Positions 42,394 to 52,514 of a DNA stretch of 64,000 nucleotides are shown piece after piece. The stretch's first letter is position 1; every line of letters begins with the position of its first letter. The position numbers and the translations under genes were made by a program. This DNA is from a virus. The notes below the pieces were generated by a model, which was given only the letters and a program-made list of their open reading frames with translations, was not told the origin of the DNA and ran no database searches. Location of the stretch: the IMG/VR virus record IMGVR_UViG_3300002131_000090, positions 82,633 to 146,632 of that record; one strand, written 5' to 3'.

Positions 42394-43927
42394 TTAAATA
42401 TGACGGTGGCTTCCATCCACCGGTATTTGCTTCTGTATTGTCACTGTAATTTACTGTTTGATCAGGACCTTTTCCAATAGACGCGGTTTTTGCATTATTT
42501 ACTGTAGCACTACGATATGTTGTTGCTCTATCTATTGCTGCTTGAGTTTGCTGTATTAATCTGTCGTTAGCGAAGTTTCCTGTTATTCTGTTTATACCAC
42601 TATCTGTATTATCGTTATTTAAATAAGTTACTGTAATAGGAGATGTTGCTGTATTTGTTGGTCTTGACGAAACTGTAATTGTTTTAGCATTAGTTTTAGG
42701 AGAAGATTGTCTGCCTGTAGATAATTTAACTGGTTGAGCGTTTAATAAGTCAGTAGAAACACGCCCACCTAACGCACCCGCTAAAACACTGTTTAAACTT
42801 CCGTTACCTCCTATTATGGCGCCGATTGCACCGCCGATAGTTCCGCCAAACAGTTTACCAGCAATAGCACCGCCAATAGCTCCCTTTAAACCGCCGCCGG
42901 ATAATAATCCTCCAAGTGCTCCGCTGACAGCGCCGCCACCTCCTAACACGCTTCCAAGTGCTCCGCCTAATGCACCATTTGCTAAGTTAGATTCTAATCC
43001 ACCTAATGCTTTAGAAAGATTAGCACCTAGCACGCCTGTGCCTTTTGCAAGGTCTAAAGTTCCTACTGATATGCCTTTAGCTGAACTAGCAGTTGTAGCA
43101 GTTTTTGGTAATGGAGTGTTTGGTGAAACCCAACTTCTTCTTACTGTACTAATTCTTAATCTTGGATCACCGACACTGAATGGTATTTTCATAATTTTCA
43201 CAGTTCCGGCTTGATTACCACCTAATATTTCTATAGTTTTAGTATCAGGATTAAATGCTCTTACAAAGCCTATATGTGAAGACCCAAACAAACTATCAAG
43301 TATTATAATATCGTTTAATCTAATTTCGGCACCGGAATGGAACTTTATAGCATCTCCGTATTTTAAATATGCTCTTGGACTCATTGTTTCAAGAGACGGC
43401 AAGCCTGATTTATTTAATATCCAATTTACATAACATGCTGCCCAACTAAACTGACCTGTTCTTCCGTCTTTTGTAAAACCTCTTCCACTTATTTTATATG
43501 CTTCAATTATATTAGGATTTCCAGGATCGGCATTTTTAGTTTTCCAGTCCATAGTTAAAGATTTATTAATCATAAAATCTAAACTGTCAAATCCTATTTT
43601 TTTGTTTGATTTTGTAATTTCAAGATCTGGCGTGATTTTTGGATTAAATCTTATAGAAGATCCATTGTTATTTAAACCACCTGCAGCTTGATCGCTACCA
43701 AAACCAATATCGGTATTACCAGCCAAATCGCTTATAAAAAAATCTTTTGGAAAACTATTAGTAATTATAATCTCATCAAACAATTCTGATATCGGGACAA
43801 TTGATGCAGAGGTAACGACTCCATTAAGACTATTTGTTACACCCTCAACATATTCTATAATTTCGTCTGCGCTTGGCAATGCTGCTACTGCATCTCCTAC
43901 TAAATCTCCTATTGGTCCTAGTGCCAT
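42389..43927 (-). CDS. tail-associated CHAP/NlpC-P60-like (TIGR02594-type) protein with glycine-zipper region
   Basis: NPNIIEAY...WAACYVNWIL...SHIGFV...ILGGNQ, followed by a Gly/Ala-rich GxxxG tract. Confidence 0.65.
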   Translation of the reverse strand: MALGPIGDLVGDAVAALPSADEIIEYVEGVTNSLNGVVTSASIVPISELFDEIIITNSFPKDFFISDLAGNTDIGFGSDQAAGGLNNNGSSIRFNPKITPDLEITKSNKKIGFDSLDFMINKSLTMDWKTKNADPGNPNIIEAYKISGRGFTKDGRTGQFSWAACYVNWILNKSGLPSLETMSPRAYLKYGDAIKFHSGAEIRLNDIIILDSLFGSSHIGFVRAFNPDTKTIEILGGNQAGTVKIMKIPFSVGDPRLRISTVRRSWVSPNTPLPKTATTASSAKGISVGTLDLAKGTGVLGANLSKALGGLESNLANGALGGALGSVLGGGGAVSGALGGLLSGGGLKGAIGGAIAGKLFGGTIGGAIGAIIGGNGSLNSVLAGALGGRVSTDLLNAQPVKLSTGRQSSPKTNAKTITVSSRPTNTATSPITVTYLNNDNTDSGINRITGNFANDRLIQQTQAAIDRATTYRSATVNNAKTASIGKGPDQTVNYSDNTEANTGGWKPPSYLR

Positions 43928-43944
43928 GTTATTCTCCTGTTAAG

Positions 43945-45096
43945 TTACAATATATTCTTAAGAGCAAATGCTTTCTCTGCAGCGTTAGCGCCGCCCGCTG
44001 ACAGCTTGCCGCCGCCGCCGATACCTGCATTGAATGCTGCTACTTCAGAAAGTGTAGATTGTCCTTTTGTTGCCAATGCATCTGCTGCTGTAAATTTTGA
44101 TAGCTTAACAGGTGATCCTGTTGCACTTGTAAATTGAGAAGCTGCACTTTTTGTTAAAGGAACTTTTCCAGTTGCTAATGCGTTCACTGTATTAGTAGCA
44201 AGTTCTGGACTTTCTGCATCGTTATCAAATAGATTACTAGTATTATTAGGATTCCTTAGCTGTCTAAACGCAGATTTTATAGGAGTACTAAGCCATGTAG
44301 GCATTTCTGCATGTGGATTATCATTTCCCCAAAGTCCAAGAAGGCTTCTATTAAATCCGTTACCTGACTTTCCGCCTAGCATATCTATGTGGATTGCATC
44401 TGTAGTCATGTAACTTCCGTCACTATTATGTCCAAAGGCTCTGGCACCGTATTTTAATGCAGCAACACAGAATCTTATTATTGCGTTTTTGCCTTCTTGA
44501 TTTTTAGAATCAGCTCTTACAACAGATCCACTAGTATTTTTAAAAGATATATAAATATCTCCTGCTAATCCGCTGTCGTGTCTTACAGATCCAGTTCTCC
44601 AAGGCGTTCCGACGGTACCGGGCCTATTTTGGAAAGTGCCATCGACTAATTTTTGCCAGTTTTTTGTACCAGGAATTAATCGTAAGTCTGTACGATCAGG
44701 CTTAGTAGCAAAATTTTCCCAATCTTGCTTTCCAGTTCCAAAGTTTTTTAAAACTTCTTGAGCTGCAGAAAATAACAATATGTTAACAATTCCCGAGTCA
44801 GCAGCGGCTGCATTTAACATGTTAATAAACTGATTTTTAGGTGGATCTGCTCTAGTGGCACTCGCGTACTTATGTTCTACAACGTTTGTAAAAGTGCCGC
44901 CAGATGCTAGTCCAGGATCAGCACCACTGCCCGGTGTCGGTGGCGAATATGTTGTAATTGCCGGTACAAATCCTGCACCTGGTAGTCCTGGAAGACTAAG
45001 AGGAACTCCTCCAAAACTAGGAATAGAACTTGCGCCACCGCTTATTGGAAACTGTGAGTTATCAATGATCGGGAATATTGAACTATCTTCTGCCAT
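43945..45096 (-). CDS. tail-associated peptidase M15-like (LAS) zinc peptidase
   Basis: SVRHDSGLAGDI (H-x6-D) and AIHIDM motifs. Confidence 0.55.
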   Translation of the reverse strand: MAEDSSIFPIIDNSQFPISGGASSIPSFGGVPLSLPGLPGAGFVPAITTYSPPTPGSGADPGLASGGTFTNVVEHKYASATRADPPKNQFINMLNAAAADSGIVNILLFSAAQEVLKNFGTGKQDWENFATKPDRTDLRLIPGTKNWQKLVDGTFQNRPGTVGTPWRTGSVRHDSGLAGDIYISFKNTSGSVVRADSKNQEGKNAIIRFCVAALKYGARAFGHNSDGSYMTTDAIHIDMLGGKSGNGFNRSLLGLWGNDNPHAEMPTWLSTPIKSAFRQLRNPNNTSNLFDNDAESPELATNTVNALATGKVPLTKSAASQFTSATGSPVKLSKFTAADALATKGQSTLSEVAAFNAGIGGGGKLSAGGANAAEKAFALKNIL

Positions 45097-47858
45097 TATT
45101 GTTGATTTCCTGTTGATTGTGTTGCTTTACTAAAATTTGTAAATAAGGACGTAGCTGCTTGTTGTCTAGCACGTAATCTTTGATTACTTCTTTCAAAGAA
45201 TCTATCCCAAGCTAACGCTGTGTTACTAGCATCTAGTAAACCGTTGCCGGTGTTAATACGTAAACGTTGAACATTTCTAGCTGCTATAATATCAAGTACG
45301 TTTAGTTCTTCTCGTATTGCAGTTAGTTGGTCTTCAAAGGTTGCATTTACAAGTCCTACTCTTACGCCGTTTGCTCTAGTTTCACTTACAGGACCTCGCT
45401 GGCTTCTTCCCATCGAAGCATATCCAGCAGCAAAGACGTCCATTTCGTTTTGTACTAAGATTGGTTTTCCTAAGAACTGCTCAACCAGTGTTAATCGTTT
45501 GCCGCCGTTTCGCCATTGTACCAATCCACGAGCACCCAATCCGCCGCCGGCTGGGTTCCAGGCGCCTGGCTCTAATGTAAATCCACTTTCAATTTGCATT
45601 GCTCCGACAATTCCACATGCTTGTGCTAATGTAAATTTAAAAATAGGGGGGTGGCCAATTTGTTTGCCTTCTTCGTTTAAAATATCAGATCCAAATGTAT
45701 TTTCTTGGAAGAAAGCAATTGCTATAAGTGCTCTTTCAGATATAGTAGTGCTGCTTGATCCACTAGAAAAAGTTACTGGATCTTCTTCGCCGCCATCTGA
45801 GTCATCTTCACCTACTAATCCTCGTTGAGCTGCTCGTTGAGATGAAATTATTCTTGTTTCAGATGCTGTATTAAGACCAATTAGATTGAATGTATCCATT
45901 AATGGTGTCGGAGTCGACGTTATCTGTTCTACTCCGGCTGCAGTTTCAGAAGGAGCAAATGCTTCTGGATTAAGATTTTCGTGTCCAAACCACGGTTCAT
46001 GCATAGGTACTCTTGCTGCTATAGGTGCAGGAGTAGGAGTAATAGTTTCATCTAAGTTAGGAGCATCAGCATCAATACTCCATTCAGCTGCAAGTTCTGC
46101 AGATGCTGCTTCTGTAGCTGCAGTTGCATCCCCTGCTAAATTGGCTTGTATTTGTATTTGTCCTGTGGCGTCAATTGCAACAATTCCTGCTGCTTTTAAA
46201 TTGATGTTTGTGGCTGCTTGATTATATATACTTTGATCTGATTTATTATTAATAGTTGCTACAGCATAATTGTAAATAGCATCTCCAGAATATGTATGAA
46301 CACTGCCGCCGGTTGTATTAACAAACATATTAGTTTCGGCTTTTATATTAGTGTCTCCTTGTGACCATGAATTTACCGTTCCGGTAGTAAACAAATGACT
46401 ATCACCGATTACTGTTGTACGAGAACTTCCATCAATATAAGAATCATAAGAAATTGCTTCAATTTTAAGACCAGCTTTGCCTTTTAATCCTATAATGCCA
46501 TCTGTTGTAACTGATATTGCAGTATTACTATCAATTGTTATTTCGCCTAATGCTTTACTTTTTATAGCATTACTACTTGATAGATTTAAATCTCCAGCGC
46601 TGGTTATTATAGAAGTACCTGTGCCGGCTCTAAATGCCGAAAATGTTCCAGATTCTAAAGTTGTGCTTTCAGCAGAGTTAGTAGCAATATGTCCACCTGC
46701 AGTAAGGTCGTAATTAGAACCCACTGTATTTTTAAATTCAGAAGTTGCATTTATATTAACGTTGTTTCCAGCAGTAAAATTAATATCTCTGTCTGCTGTA
46801 AAGTTAATATCTTGTTGTGTGTGAAAACTAATACTGTCAGCAGCAAATACATCTATTTTACCATTGCTAGATAGTTCTATCCAAGCAGTTCCTCTAGCAT
46901 TTGCAATGTAAATTAAATCTTCAGTATTGTGTAATAAGATTTGATGACCAGTTCTAGTTCTAATTCTAAAAAGTTCGTTTGCTGGAAACATTTCAGAACC
47001 GGGCGGTATATCAGATGCTCGTGAAGTTTCTACAGCAATGTATTCTGCAGGAGTATCTTTGGCTGGACCTTTTCTTAATATTTTATCATCACCATCGTCC
47101 ATAACAATACTGTGTCCAGTAAGTCGACTCGACGGTACTAAAACTGACTTGTCTTTTGGGCCGCGATCAATTGTTGGAGAACCTGGTCTTTTATCCATAG
47201 GCCCTGGAGTGTTGATACCAAATACACTACTAGGAATCTCTCTTCTAGCACTACTACTTGTGAGTCCTCTAAAGTCATCTTCTAGTAATCCTGCGTCGGT
47301 TAGTACATTAACAAAATCTTGATTTACTGGTTTTATGTATGTTGTAGGTTGTTGATTTCCTGAAGGATCGTTGATGTTTTTATTAAATTCGCCAACTGGT
47401 AATCTTCTTCCATCTTGTGAACTAGTTCCCGGAGTTGTAAAAACAGTAGTTGGTCTACCATCAGGTATCATAAAGTTCATAAAGTCATCAGGTACACATG
47501 CAAACCAATAACATAGATCTGCACTTCCTTCAACAAACGTAACTAAAACTTTTGTATCAATGTCTGGTGGAATAAACCACATACCGTAACTTTGTTGTGT
47601 ATTTTTAAAATCGTCTTGTGATCCTAATCCGGTATAAGAAGTAACTCCATAAAACGGACTTGCATAAAATGCATCGAAGAATGAAGAATCTACATCTCTA
47701 CGATCATTAGAAGTTGTTGATGCAAGTAGTTGCACTTTAAGACTTCCGGAAAACTTACTATCAAGATGGCTTACAACTCTTGCAAGATAAGTACCATTCT
47801 TAGGTTGGTTTCTACTTGTAAAACTTGGGCGTGTATCTTTTGATGTAGACTGGTTCAT
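45096..47858 (-). CDS. gp5: baseplate hub/spike gp5 (VgrG-like) with C-terminal phage tail lysozyme domain
   Basis: OB-fold SYGMWFIPPDIDTKVLVTF; RIRTRTGHQILLH; beta-helix repeats; C-terminal AQACGIVGAMQIES...GARGLVQWR...FEDQL...FFERS. Confidence 0.75.
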   Translation of the reverse strand: MNQSTSKDTRPSFTSRNQPKNGTYLARVVSHLDSKFSGSLKVQLLASTTSNDRRDVDSSFFDAFYASPFYGVTSYTGLGSQDDFKNTQQSYGMWFIPPDIDTKVLVTFVEGSADLCYWFACVPDDFMNFMIPDGRPTTVFTTPGTSSQDGRRLPVGEFNKNINDPSGNQQPTTYIKPVNQDFVNVLTDAGLLEDDFRGLTSSSARREIPSSVFGINTPGPMDKRPGSPTIDRGPKDKSVLVPSSRLTGHSIVMDDGDDKILRKGPAKDTPAEYIAVETSRASDIPPGSEMFPANELFRIRTRTGHQILLHNTEDLIYIANARGTAWIELSSNGKIDVFAADSISFHTQQDINFTADRDINFTAGNNVNINATSEFKNTVGSNYDLTAGGHIATNSAESTTLESGTFSAFRAGTGTSIITSAGDLNLSSSNAIKSKALGEITIDSNTAISVTTDGIIGLKGKAGLKIEAISYDSYIDGSSRTTVIGDSHLFTTGTVNSWSQGDTNIKAETNMFVNTTGGSVHTYSGDAIYNYAVATINNKSDQSIYNQAATNINLKAAGIVAIDATGQIQIQANLAGDATAATEAASAELAAEWSIDADAPNLDETITPTPAPIAARVPMHEPWFGHENLNPEAFAPSETAAGVEQITSTPTPLMDTFNLIGLNTASETRIISSQRAAQRGLVGEDDSDGGEEDPVTFSSGSSSTTISERALIAIAFFQENTFGSDILNEEGKQIGHPPIFKFTLAQACGIVGAMQIESGFTLEPGAWNPAGGGLGARGLVQWRNGGKRLTLVEQFLGKPILVQNEMDVFAAGYASMGRSQRGPVSETRANGVRVGLVNATFEDQLTAIREELNVLDIIAARNVQRLRINTGNGLLDASNTALAWDRFFERSNQRLRARQQAATSLFTNFSKATQSTGNQQ

Positions 47859-47870
47859 AATTATTCCTTA

Positions 47871-50357
47871 TTATGGTTTACGAAGGTTTGCTATCGACGC
47901 AGGTGTTACTTGCTTAAACTTTGGAAGTGTTAGATTTGGAAGATTTAATGTATTTGCAAAGTTTCTGTATTGCGTTTCTAATGCAGATGCACTGGCAAAG
48001 AAAGAATCTAGACTATCTAAGGCGCCTCCGATATTACTAAAATCTCCACTTTGTATTGCGCCTTTAAAGGTATCGCCTGCTTGTGCTAATCCTAATAAAC
48101 TGTTAGCAACCGGAGCAGCATCTACCATAAACCCGTTGAGCTTAGAACTTACTCCAGTGGCTCCTACGAGTCCGGCTAAAGTTGAAACAGCGCCTAAAGT
48201 TGCAAAGAACGAGTCGACTACACTTTTTAATCTCGAAATACTACTAGCACTTATATTTTTAACTTTATTCATGTTTAGTACTTGTTTAAATGTTCCATTC
48301 TCAAAAATACTTTCTATTATGTTTACTTGATAGATTCCTGTAAACATATCAGCAGGATCTGGCGCTAATGTGTTTTGTTTATAATCAACTGCTGAATTAA
48401 ATTTAACTAAAACGTATACTTGCGATCTTGCAAAATCGGCATCAAGATTTTGAGTTATAAAAGGATTTAATGCAGGCGAAACATAATTCCCCATGTCGCT
48501 ATCACTTAAAAAATATGGATCGCCTAATATTGTAAGATTTAGTGTTGCAAGAGTTACTTTATCTTCTATTGCTTTTTTAAATAATTGTGCTACTCGTGTT
48601 CTATTGTTATCAATACCTGCGCCGCCAAATATTCCAAATATGTTTCGTAGTTCTGCAACAACTTGAGATGCGTCATCTGTAAATGATTGGAATGCGTTTG
48701 GCTCAAGCGCGGCCTTAGCTATTGCATCGGCAGATAGATTGCCGCTGGATCCTGTAGCAATTCTTCTTGTTAGTACTGTATTAGTTTTTGCTACTACAGT
48801 ACTACCTACAGAGCTTAATGCTGAAGGATTTCTTTGTCCGTCATCTACTAAGGTAGACAGTCTTAATGCAACATTATTAAGATCAATTTCAAAATCTAAT
48901 ATATCTCTATTTAAACCAGTGTACATATAGTTGTATGCTTTTACTGCATCATCAACTAATACACTTGCATCAATTTTATCATCAGGCAAAGATACAACAG
49001 ATTGATGTATAAAATAAGGATATACTTCATATATATATCTTAATGCAGGTCTACCAATATTGTCTATTTCATCTAGTGATATTATTTCTACTTTTGCATG
49101 TATTCTAAAATAACGAAACATTCCGGCTTTATCAACAGTTGAAGCTTGAAGACCTTGTCCAAACTTACTTATTAATGCAATCTGTTGTATTACATCTTCT
49201 ATCATTGTGCCGGCGTGGAAGGTGTACGTTTTATCAGTACCGCTAAGTGTCATACTGCCACGAGTAAAAATTTGTTTTTCAGGATCCCATGTTCCAATTT
49301 CTGTTTGAAACGGTTCTGTACCAAATTCTGTAAAGTCGTCAATAAGTTTTGCAGCACCAATTTCATTTTGTTCGCCGGCTGATCCAGACGAATCGTTAAT
49401 ATCAATTGCACCTGATATAGAACTTATTACGCTTCCTAATTGCTTGACATTTGAATTATTTGAAAAGTTTGATACAACAGATCCTAAATTTGATACTGAA
49501 TTAGATAGAGTATTAACTGCTGCTAAAGCAGTATCTACTTTGTTTAATCCGTTTTGTACAGTATTTAAAATATTACCAACTGTGCCTCCGGAGAATCCTC
49601 CAGCATTTGGACTACCAACTTCTGTTGCAATATCAAGTGGAAATCTTATTCTATATTGATCAGCAACGATTCTTTTATTTTCGTTTACTAAAGATTCTTC
49701 TCTAGAATTTAAAAGTCTTTCTAAGCTCGATTCTCCAAGACTTAATAATTCTGCTACTGTACTTCCTTTTAAACTAATATTTTCTTTTACTGATTGTGCT
49801 ACACTACCAAATGCTGTATGATTAAACGGATTAGAAGATATCTCGTAAGTACTTCCGCCTGTATCTGCAGTAAAAGATACAGTATTAATTTTTATTACAA
49901 AACTTTTTTTAATTACACTTAAAGGAGTGCCGTCGTCTTTAAATCCTTTAAACTTTAATGTTAACAAATAAGGAGCAGTGACGTAGTTTTTAAATCCAGC
50001 ACGAAGTGCAGCTTGTGATAAAGATTGTATAAACAATCCTAAACTATAAGGTTCTGTAATTGTAAAGTCTATTGTTGTATTAGTAGATAGAGGACTTTGT
50101 TTATTTGGAGTAGGATTAGAAGATATACGAACATTATCAATATGAAATTCAACATTTGAACCAACTTTATTTTCAGCAGCAGTTATAATTGTTTTTCTAT
50201 TACCTACTCCTCCCGAACTTGCAATTATAATTTTTCCATCACTGTTATTGTTTCTATAAGATCTCGGATCGTTGAGTTCTCCGGGATACATTGCACTCAA
50301 TGACCATACGTAATTGTGTGTTGCATATTTGTGTAGTGGATTTGCTAGTAACGGCAT
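47871..50357 (-). CDS. baseplate hub protein (gp27/late-control D-like)
   Basis: NPLHKYATHNY...FTITEPYS...LTILGDPYF...GIYQVNIIESIFENGTFKQVL; lies between gp53 and gp5. Confidence 0.55.
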   Translation of the reverse strand: MPLLANPLHKYATHNYVWSLSAMYPGELNDPRSYRNNNSDGKIIIASSGGVGNRKTIITAAENKVGSNVEFHIDNVRISSNPTPNKQSPLSTNTTIDFTITEPYSLGLFIQSLSQAALRAGFKNYVTAPYLLTLKFKGFKDDGTPLSVIKKSFVIKINTVSFTADTGGSTYEISSNPFNHTAFGSVAQSVKENISLKGSTVAELLSLGESSLERLLNSREESLVNENKRIVADQYRIRFPLDIATEVGSPNAGGFSGGTVGNILNTVQNGLNKVDTALAAVNTLSNSVSNLGSVVSNFSNNSNVKQLGSVISSISGAIDINDSSGSAGEQNEIGAAKLIDDFTEFGTEPFQTEIGTWDPEKQIFTRGSMTLSGTDKTYTFHAGTMIEDVIQQIALISKFGQGLQASTVDKAGMFRYFRIHAKVEIISLDEIDNIGRPALRYIYEVYPYFIHQSVVSLPDDKIDASVLVDDAVKAYNYMYTGLNRDILDFEIDLNNVALRLSTLVDDGQRNPSALSSVGSTVVAKTNTVLTRRIATGSSGNLSADAIAKAALEPNAFQSFTDDASQVVAELRNIFGIFGGAGIDNNRTRVAQLFKKAIEDKVTLATLNLTILGDPYFLSDSDMGNYVSPALNPFITQNLDADFARSQVYVLVKFNSAVDYKQNTLAPDPADMFTGIYQVNIIESIFENGTFKQVLNMNKVKNISASSISRLKSVVDSFFATLGAVSTLAGLVGATGVSSKLNGFMVDAAPVANSLLGLAQAGDTFKGAIQSGDFSNIGGALDSLDSFFASASALETQYRNFANTLNLPNLTLPKFKQVTPASIANLRKP

Positions 50358-50358
50358 A

Positions 50359-50658
50359 TTATACTCCTAACAAGGAAGTCAGAGTCGATCGTTTTGGCAA
50401 ATAGATACTGGTTCCTGGTAAAAAATCAAATACAGGATCTTTTAATACTTCCATATTCCTTTGTGTAAATACCCACCAAAGTTTTGGAGTTCCGTATAAG
50501 TCAAATGCTAATAGATCTGGTCTATATATATATTGAGAAGTAATTTCGTATAATATATCTTCTGCATTAATAGGAATTGGTCGCTTTTGTAAAAATCCTA
50601 GATAGTTTCCTCTAGTAACCAATGTATCATGATATGGACTTGTTGATGCATATACCAT
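50359..50658 (-). CDS. gp53: baseplate wedge gp53 / LysM-like tail X protein
   Basis: YRPDLLAFDLYGTPKLWWVF...N...DP...PG..IYLP. Confidence 0.8.
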   Translation of the reverse strand: MVYASTSPYHDTLVTRGNYLGFLQKRPIPINAEDILYEITSQYIYRPDLLAFDLYGTPKLWWVFTQRNMEVLKDPVFDFLPGTSIYLPKRSTLTSLLGV

Positions 50659-51527
50659 TATATTATTCCTTTTCCGCCGCCAATATACCCACCTCGGACA
50701 TATGTATCTAGACTGAATCTTCTTACTGTATCTCTACTGTATGCAGGAGATACTGTAACGTTTAATCTACTCAAAGTTGGAACATAGCTGTATCCACCCG
50801 GAACGTTTACTCTAGTTAATTCCGGAACTGAACTTAAATCTAGTCCAGTTGAAATTGGTACTTGCAAATAATCTACAGAATCTGGTAGATCTAATGTGAA
50901 CAGTTTTATTACTACTGGTGTTTTATTAAAAACAAAATCACCGTACCCACTTAAATGAACCAGTGGTGGTGGAGCACCTAAGTTACTGCTATTTCCGTAA
51001 AACATTTTAGTTGCACTTCTTAAAAAATGAACTGCAGCAATCCAATAACGTCCGTCTGCTTCATTTTCAACTGGAAATTCTGCTGTGATAGTAATATCTT
51101 CAACTGAACTATTTTGATAAATAGGATATGAATAATTAGTATGTGTAGGTGATAAATTATTATAGTTTGCAGCATGTGTAACCAGTATCTGCGGAGTAGT
51201 AGGAAAAACCATGCTGTTGTTAGAATCATATAAAGGTTGTAATATAGGTGAACTCATAAAACTAGAAAGAGAAGTTGGTAAGTGTAATCTTACTCTCCAA
51301 TCATTTCCAGTTGATTTAGAGCCTGAACTCCACGAAACTGGAGTATACGATTCGTATGTTTCTTCTGCACCGGCAGGTAATCCGCCTAAACGTGCAAGAC
51401 TAGATATTCCTAAAGCACTTCCTAACCCGCCAAGAGCAGAAGTTACGCCGCCAACTGCACCTAGTACTCCGCTTACTTTTCTAGAAGTACTTGACACTGT
51501 TTTTAGAAAATTAATTAGTCCGGCCAT
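50658..51527 (-). CDS. baseplate tail-tube initiator/cap protein (gp48/gp54-like)
   Basis: VFPTTPQI...HFLRSATKMFYG...GAPPPLVHLSGYG...PVVI tube-fold pattern; immediately upstream of gp53. Confidence 0.55.
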   Translation of the reverse strand: MAGLINFLKTVSSTSRKVSGVLGAVGGVTSALGGLGSALGISSLARLGGLPAGAEETYESYTPVSWSSGSKSTGNDWRVRLHLPTSLSSFMSSPILQPLYDSNNSMVFPTTPQILVTHAANYNNLSPTHTNYSYPIYQNSSVEDITITAEFPVENEADGRYWIAAVHFLRSATKMFYGNSSNLGAPPPLVHLSGYGDFVFNKTPVVIKLFTLDLPDSVDYLQVPISTGLDLSSVPELTRVNVPGGYSYVPTLSRLNVTVSPAYSRDTVRRFSLDTYVRGGYIGGGKGII

Positions 51528-51571
51528 TGTAAGTTTCCTGCTTAATAAAAATATAAAGATTATTCATATTG

Positions 51572-51579
51572 TATTTAGT
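51572..51579 (-). promoter_or_regulatory. T4-like late promoter (ACTAAATA) for the baseplate operon
   Basis: TAAATA core upstream of the first minus-strand tail gene. Confidence 0.5.
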
Positions 51580-51607
51580 TGACAAAATTAAGTATGTATA
51601 TTATTAT
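51579..51607 (+). promoter_or_regulatory. sigma70-type promoter TTGACA-N17-TATTAT for gp55
   Basis: Consensus -35, 17-nt spacer, near-consensus -10, followed by AAGGAG RBS. Confidence 0.7.
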
Positions 51608-51626
51608 AGTAGTATAAGGAGTCATA

Positions 51627-52457
51627 ATGGCCAAAAGAGTAAATTATCTTAACAATAAAGACATGTTATTAGAAATATATAAAAGCAAGAATTCTTTTTC
51701 TAGCTTTGTAGAACCATTGTATCAACAATACGACACAATTTTACCAAGTTTAGACAAGATCAACATTAGAACTGTTGCCGACGCTAAGAAGAATCGTGCT
51801 AAAAAACTAACTGCTGATACATACGAAACAAAAAAAGCTGCTGGTGAGAAGGTTAAACTATCAGAAGTTGAAGTTGATTATCGAAAAATAGAAAAAACTA
51901 ATTTAATTTTTCGTATAATGACATATGAACACATTCCTGACGAACCTGGAAGAAAAAAGAATCCAAAAACAGATGCAGACCATAAAGTAAAACTAAACTT
52001 TCCTCCTTATCAACATTGGAAATTTGACGAAGATGGAAATCTAATGTGTGTAGGTAAAAGTCACTGGACTGGCGGAATGGAGAACGGTTACTTTAGTAAG
52101 GAAGACGGCAAAGTTACCAATAAACTTGCACTTATGTGGATGAAATTGTGTGAACGTTATGCTACTCGTGGTAATGTTCGTGGTTATACTTATAACGACG
52201 AAATGAAAGGGCAAGCAATTCTTCAACTTTCACAAATTGGACTACAATTTGACGAATCTAAATCAAACAACCCGTTTGCATATTACACAGCCGCAGTAAC
52301 CAATAGCTTTGTTCGTGTAATCAACTTAGAAAAACGTAATCAAAACATTCGAGACGATATTTTAGAAATGAATAACTTAAATCCAAGTTATACAAGACAA
52401 AGTGCAGGCGAGTTTGAAGCTGGGTTAAAAAGATTTAATGACAGTTATGAAAAGTAA
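51627..52457 (+). CDS. gp55: late-transcription sigma factor, T4 gp55-like
   Basis: NYLNNKDML...NVRGYTYNDEM...FDESKSNNPFAYYT...SFVRVINLEK; upstream of gp47/gp46 as in T4. Confidence 0.8.
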   Translation: MAKRVNYLNNKDMLLEIYKSKNSFSSFVEPLYQQYDTILPSLDKINIRTVADAKKNRAKKLTADTYETKKAAGEKVKLSEVEVDYRKIEKTNLIFRIMTYEHIPDEPGRKKNPKTDADHKVKLNFPPYQHWKFDEDGNLMCVGKSHWTGGMENGYFSKEDGKVTNKLALMWMKLCERYATRGNVRGYTYNDEMKGQAILQLSQIGLQFDESKSNNPFAYYTAAVTNSFVRVINLEKRNQNIRDDILEMNNLNPSYTRQSAGEFEAGLKRFNDSYEK

Positions 52458-52460
52458 TCG

Positions 52461-52489
52461 TTGACAACTTGCATAATATTTGTTATATT
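52461..52489 (+). promoter_or_regulatory. sigma70-type promoter TTGACA-N17-TATATT with extended -10
   Basis: Consensus -35, TG at 52481-52482, upstream of gp47. Confidence 0.7.
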
Positions 52490-52514
52490 ATAAACTAACC
52501 CGGAGTAATCTAAT

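Noticed and set aside
18954-51582. Numerous short plus-strand ORFs within the structural region (e.g. 22148-22708, 42816-43214)
   Set aside because: Antisense to long, motif-supported genes; explained by codon bias of Gly/Thr/Ala-rich sense strands
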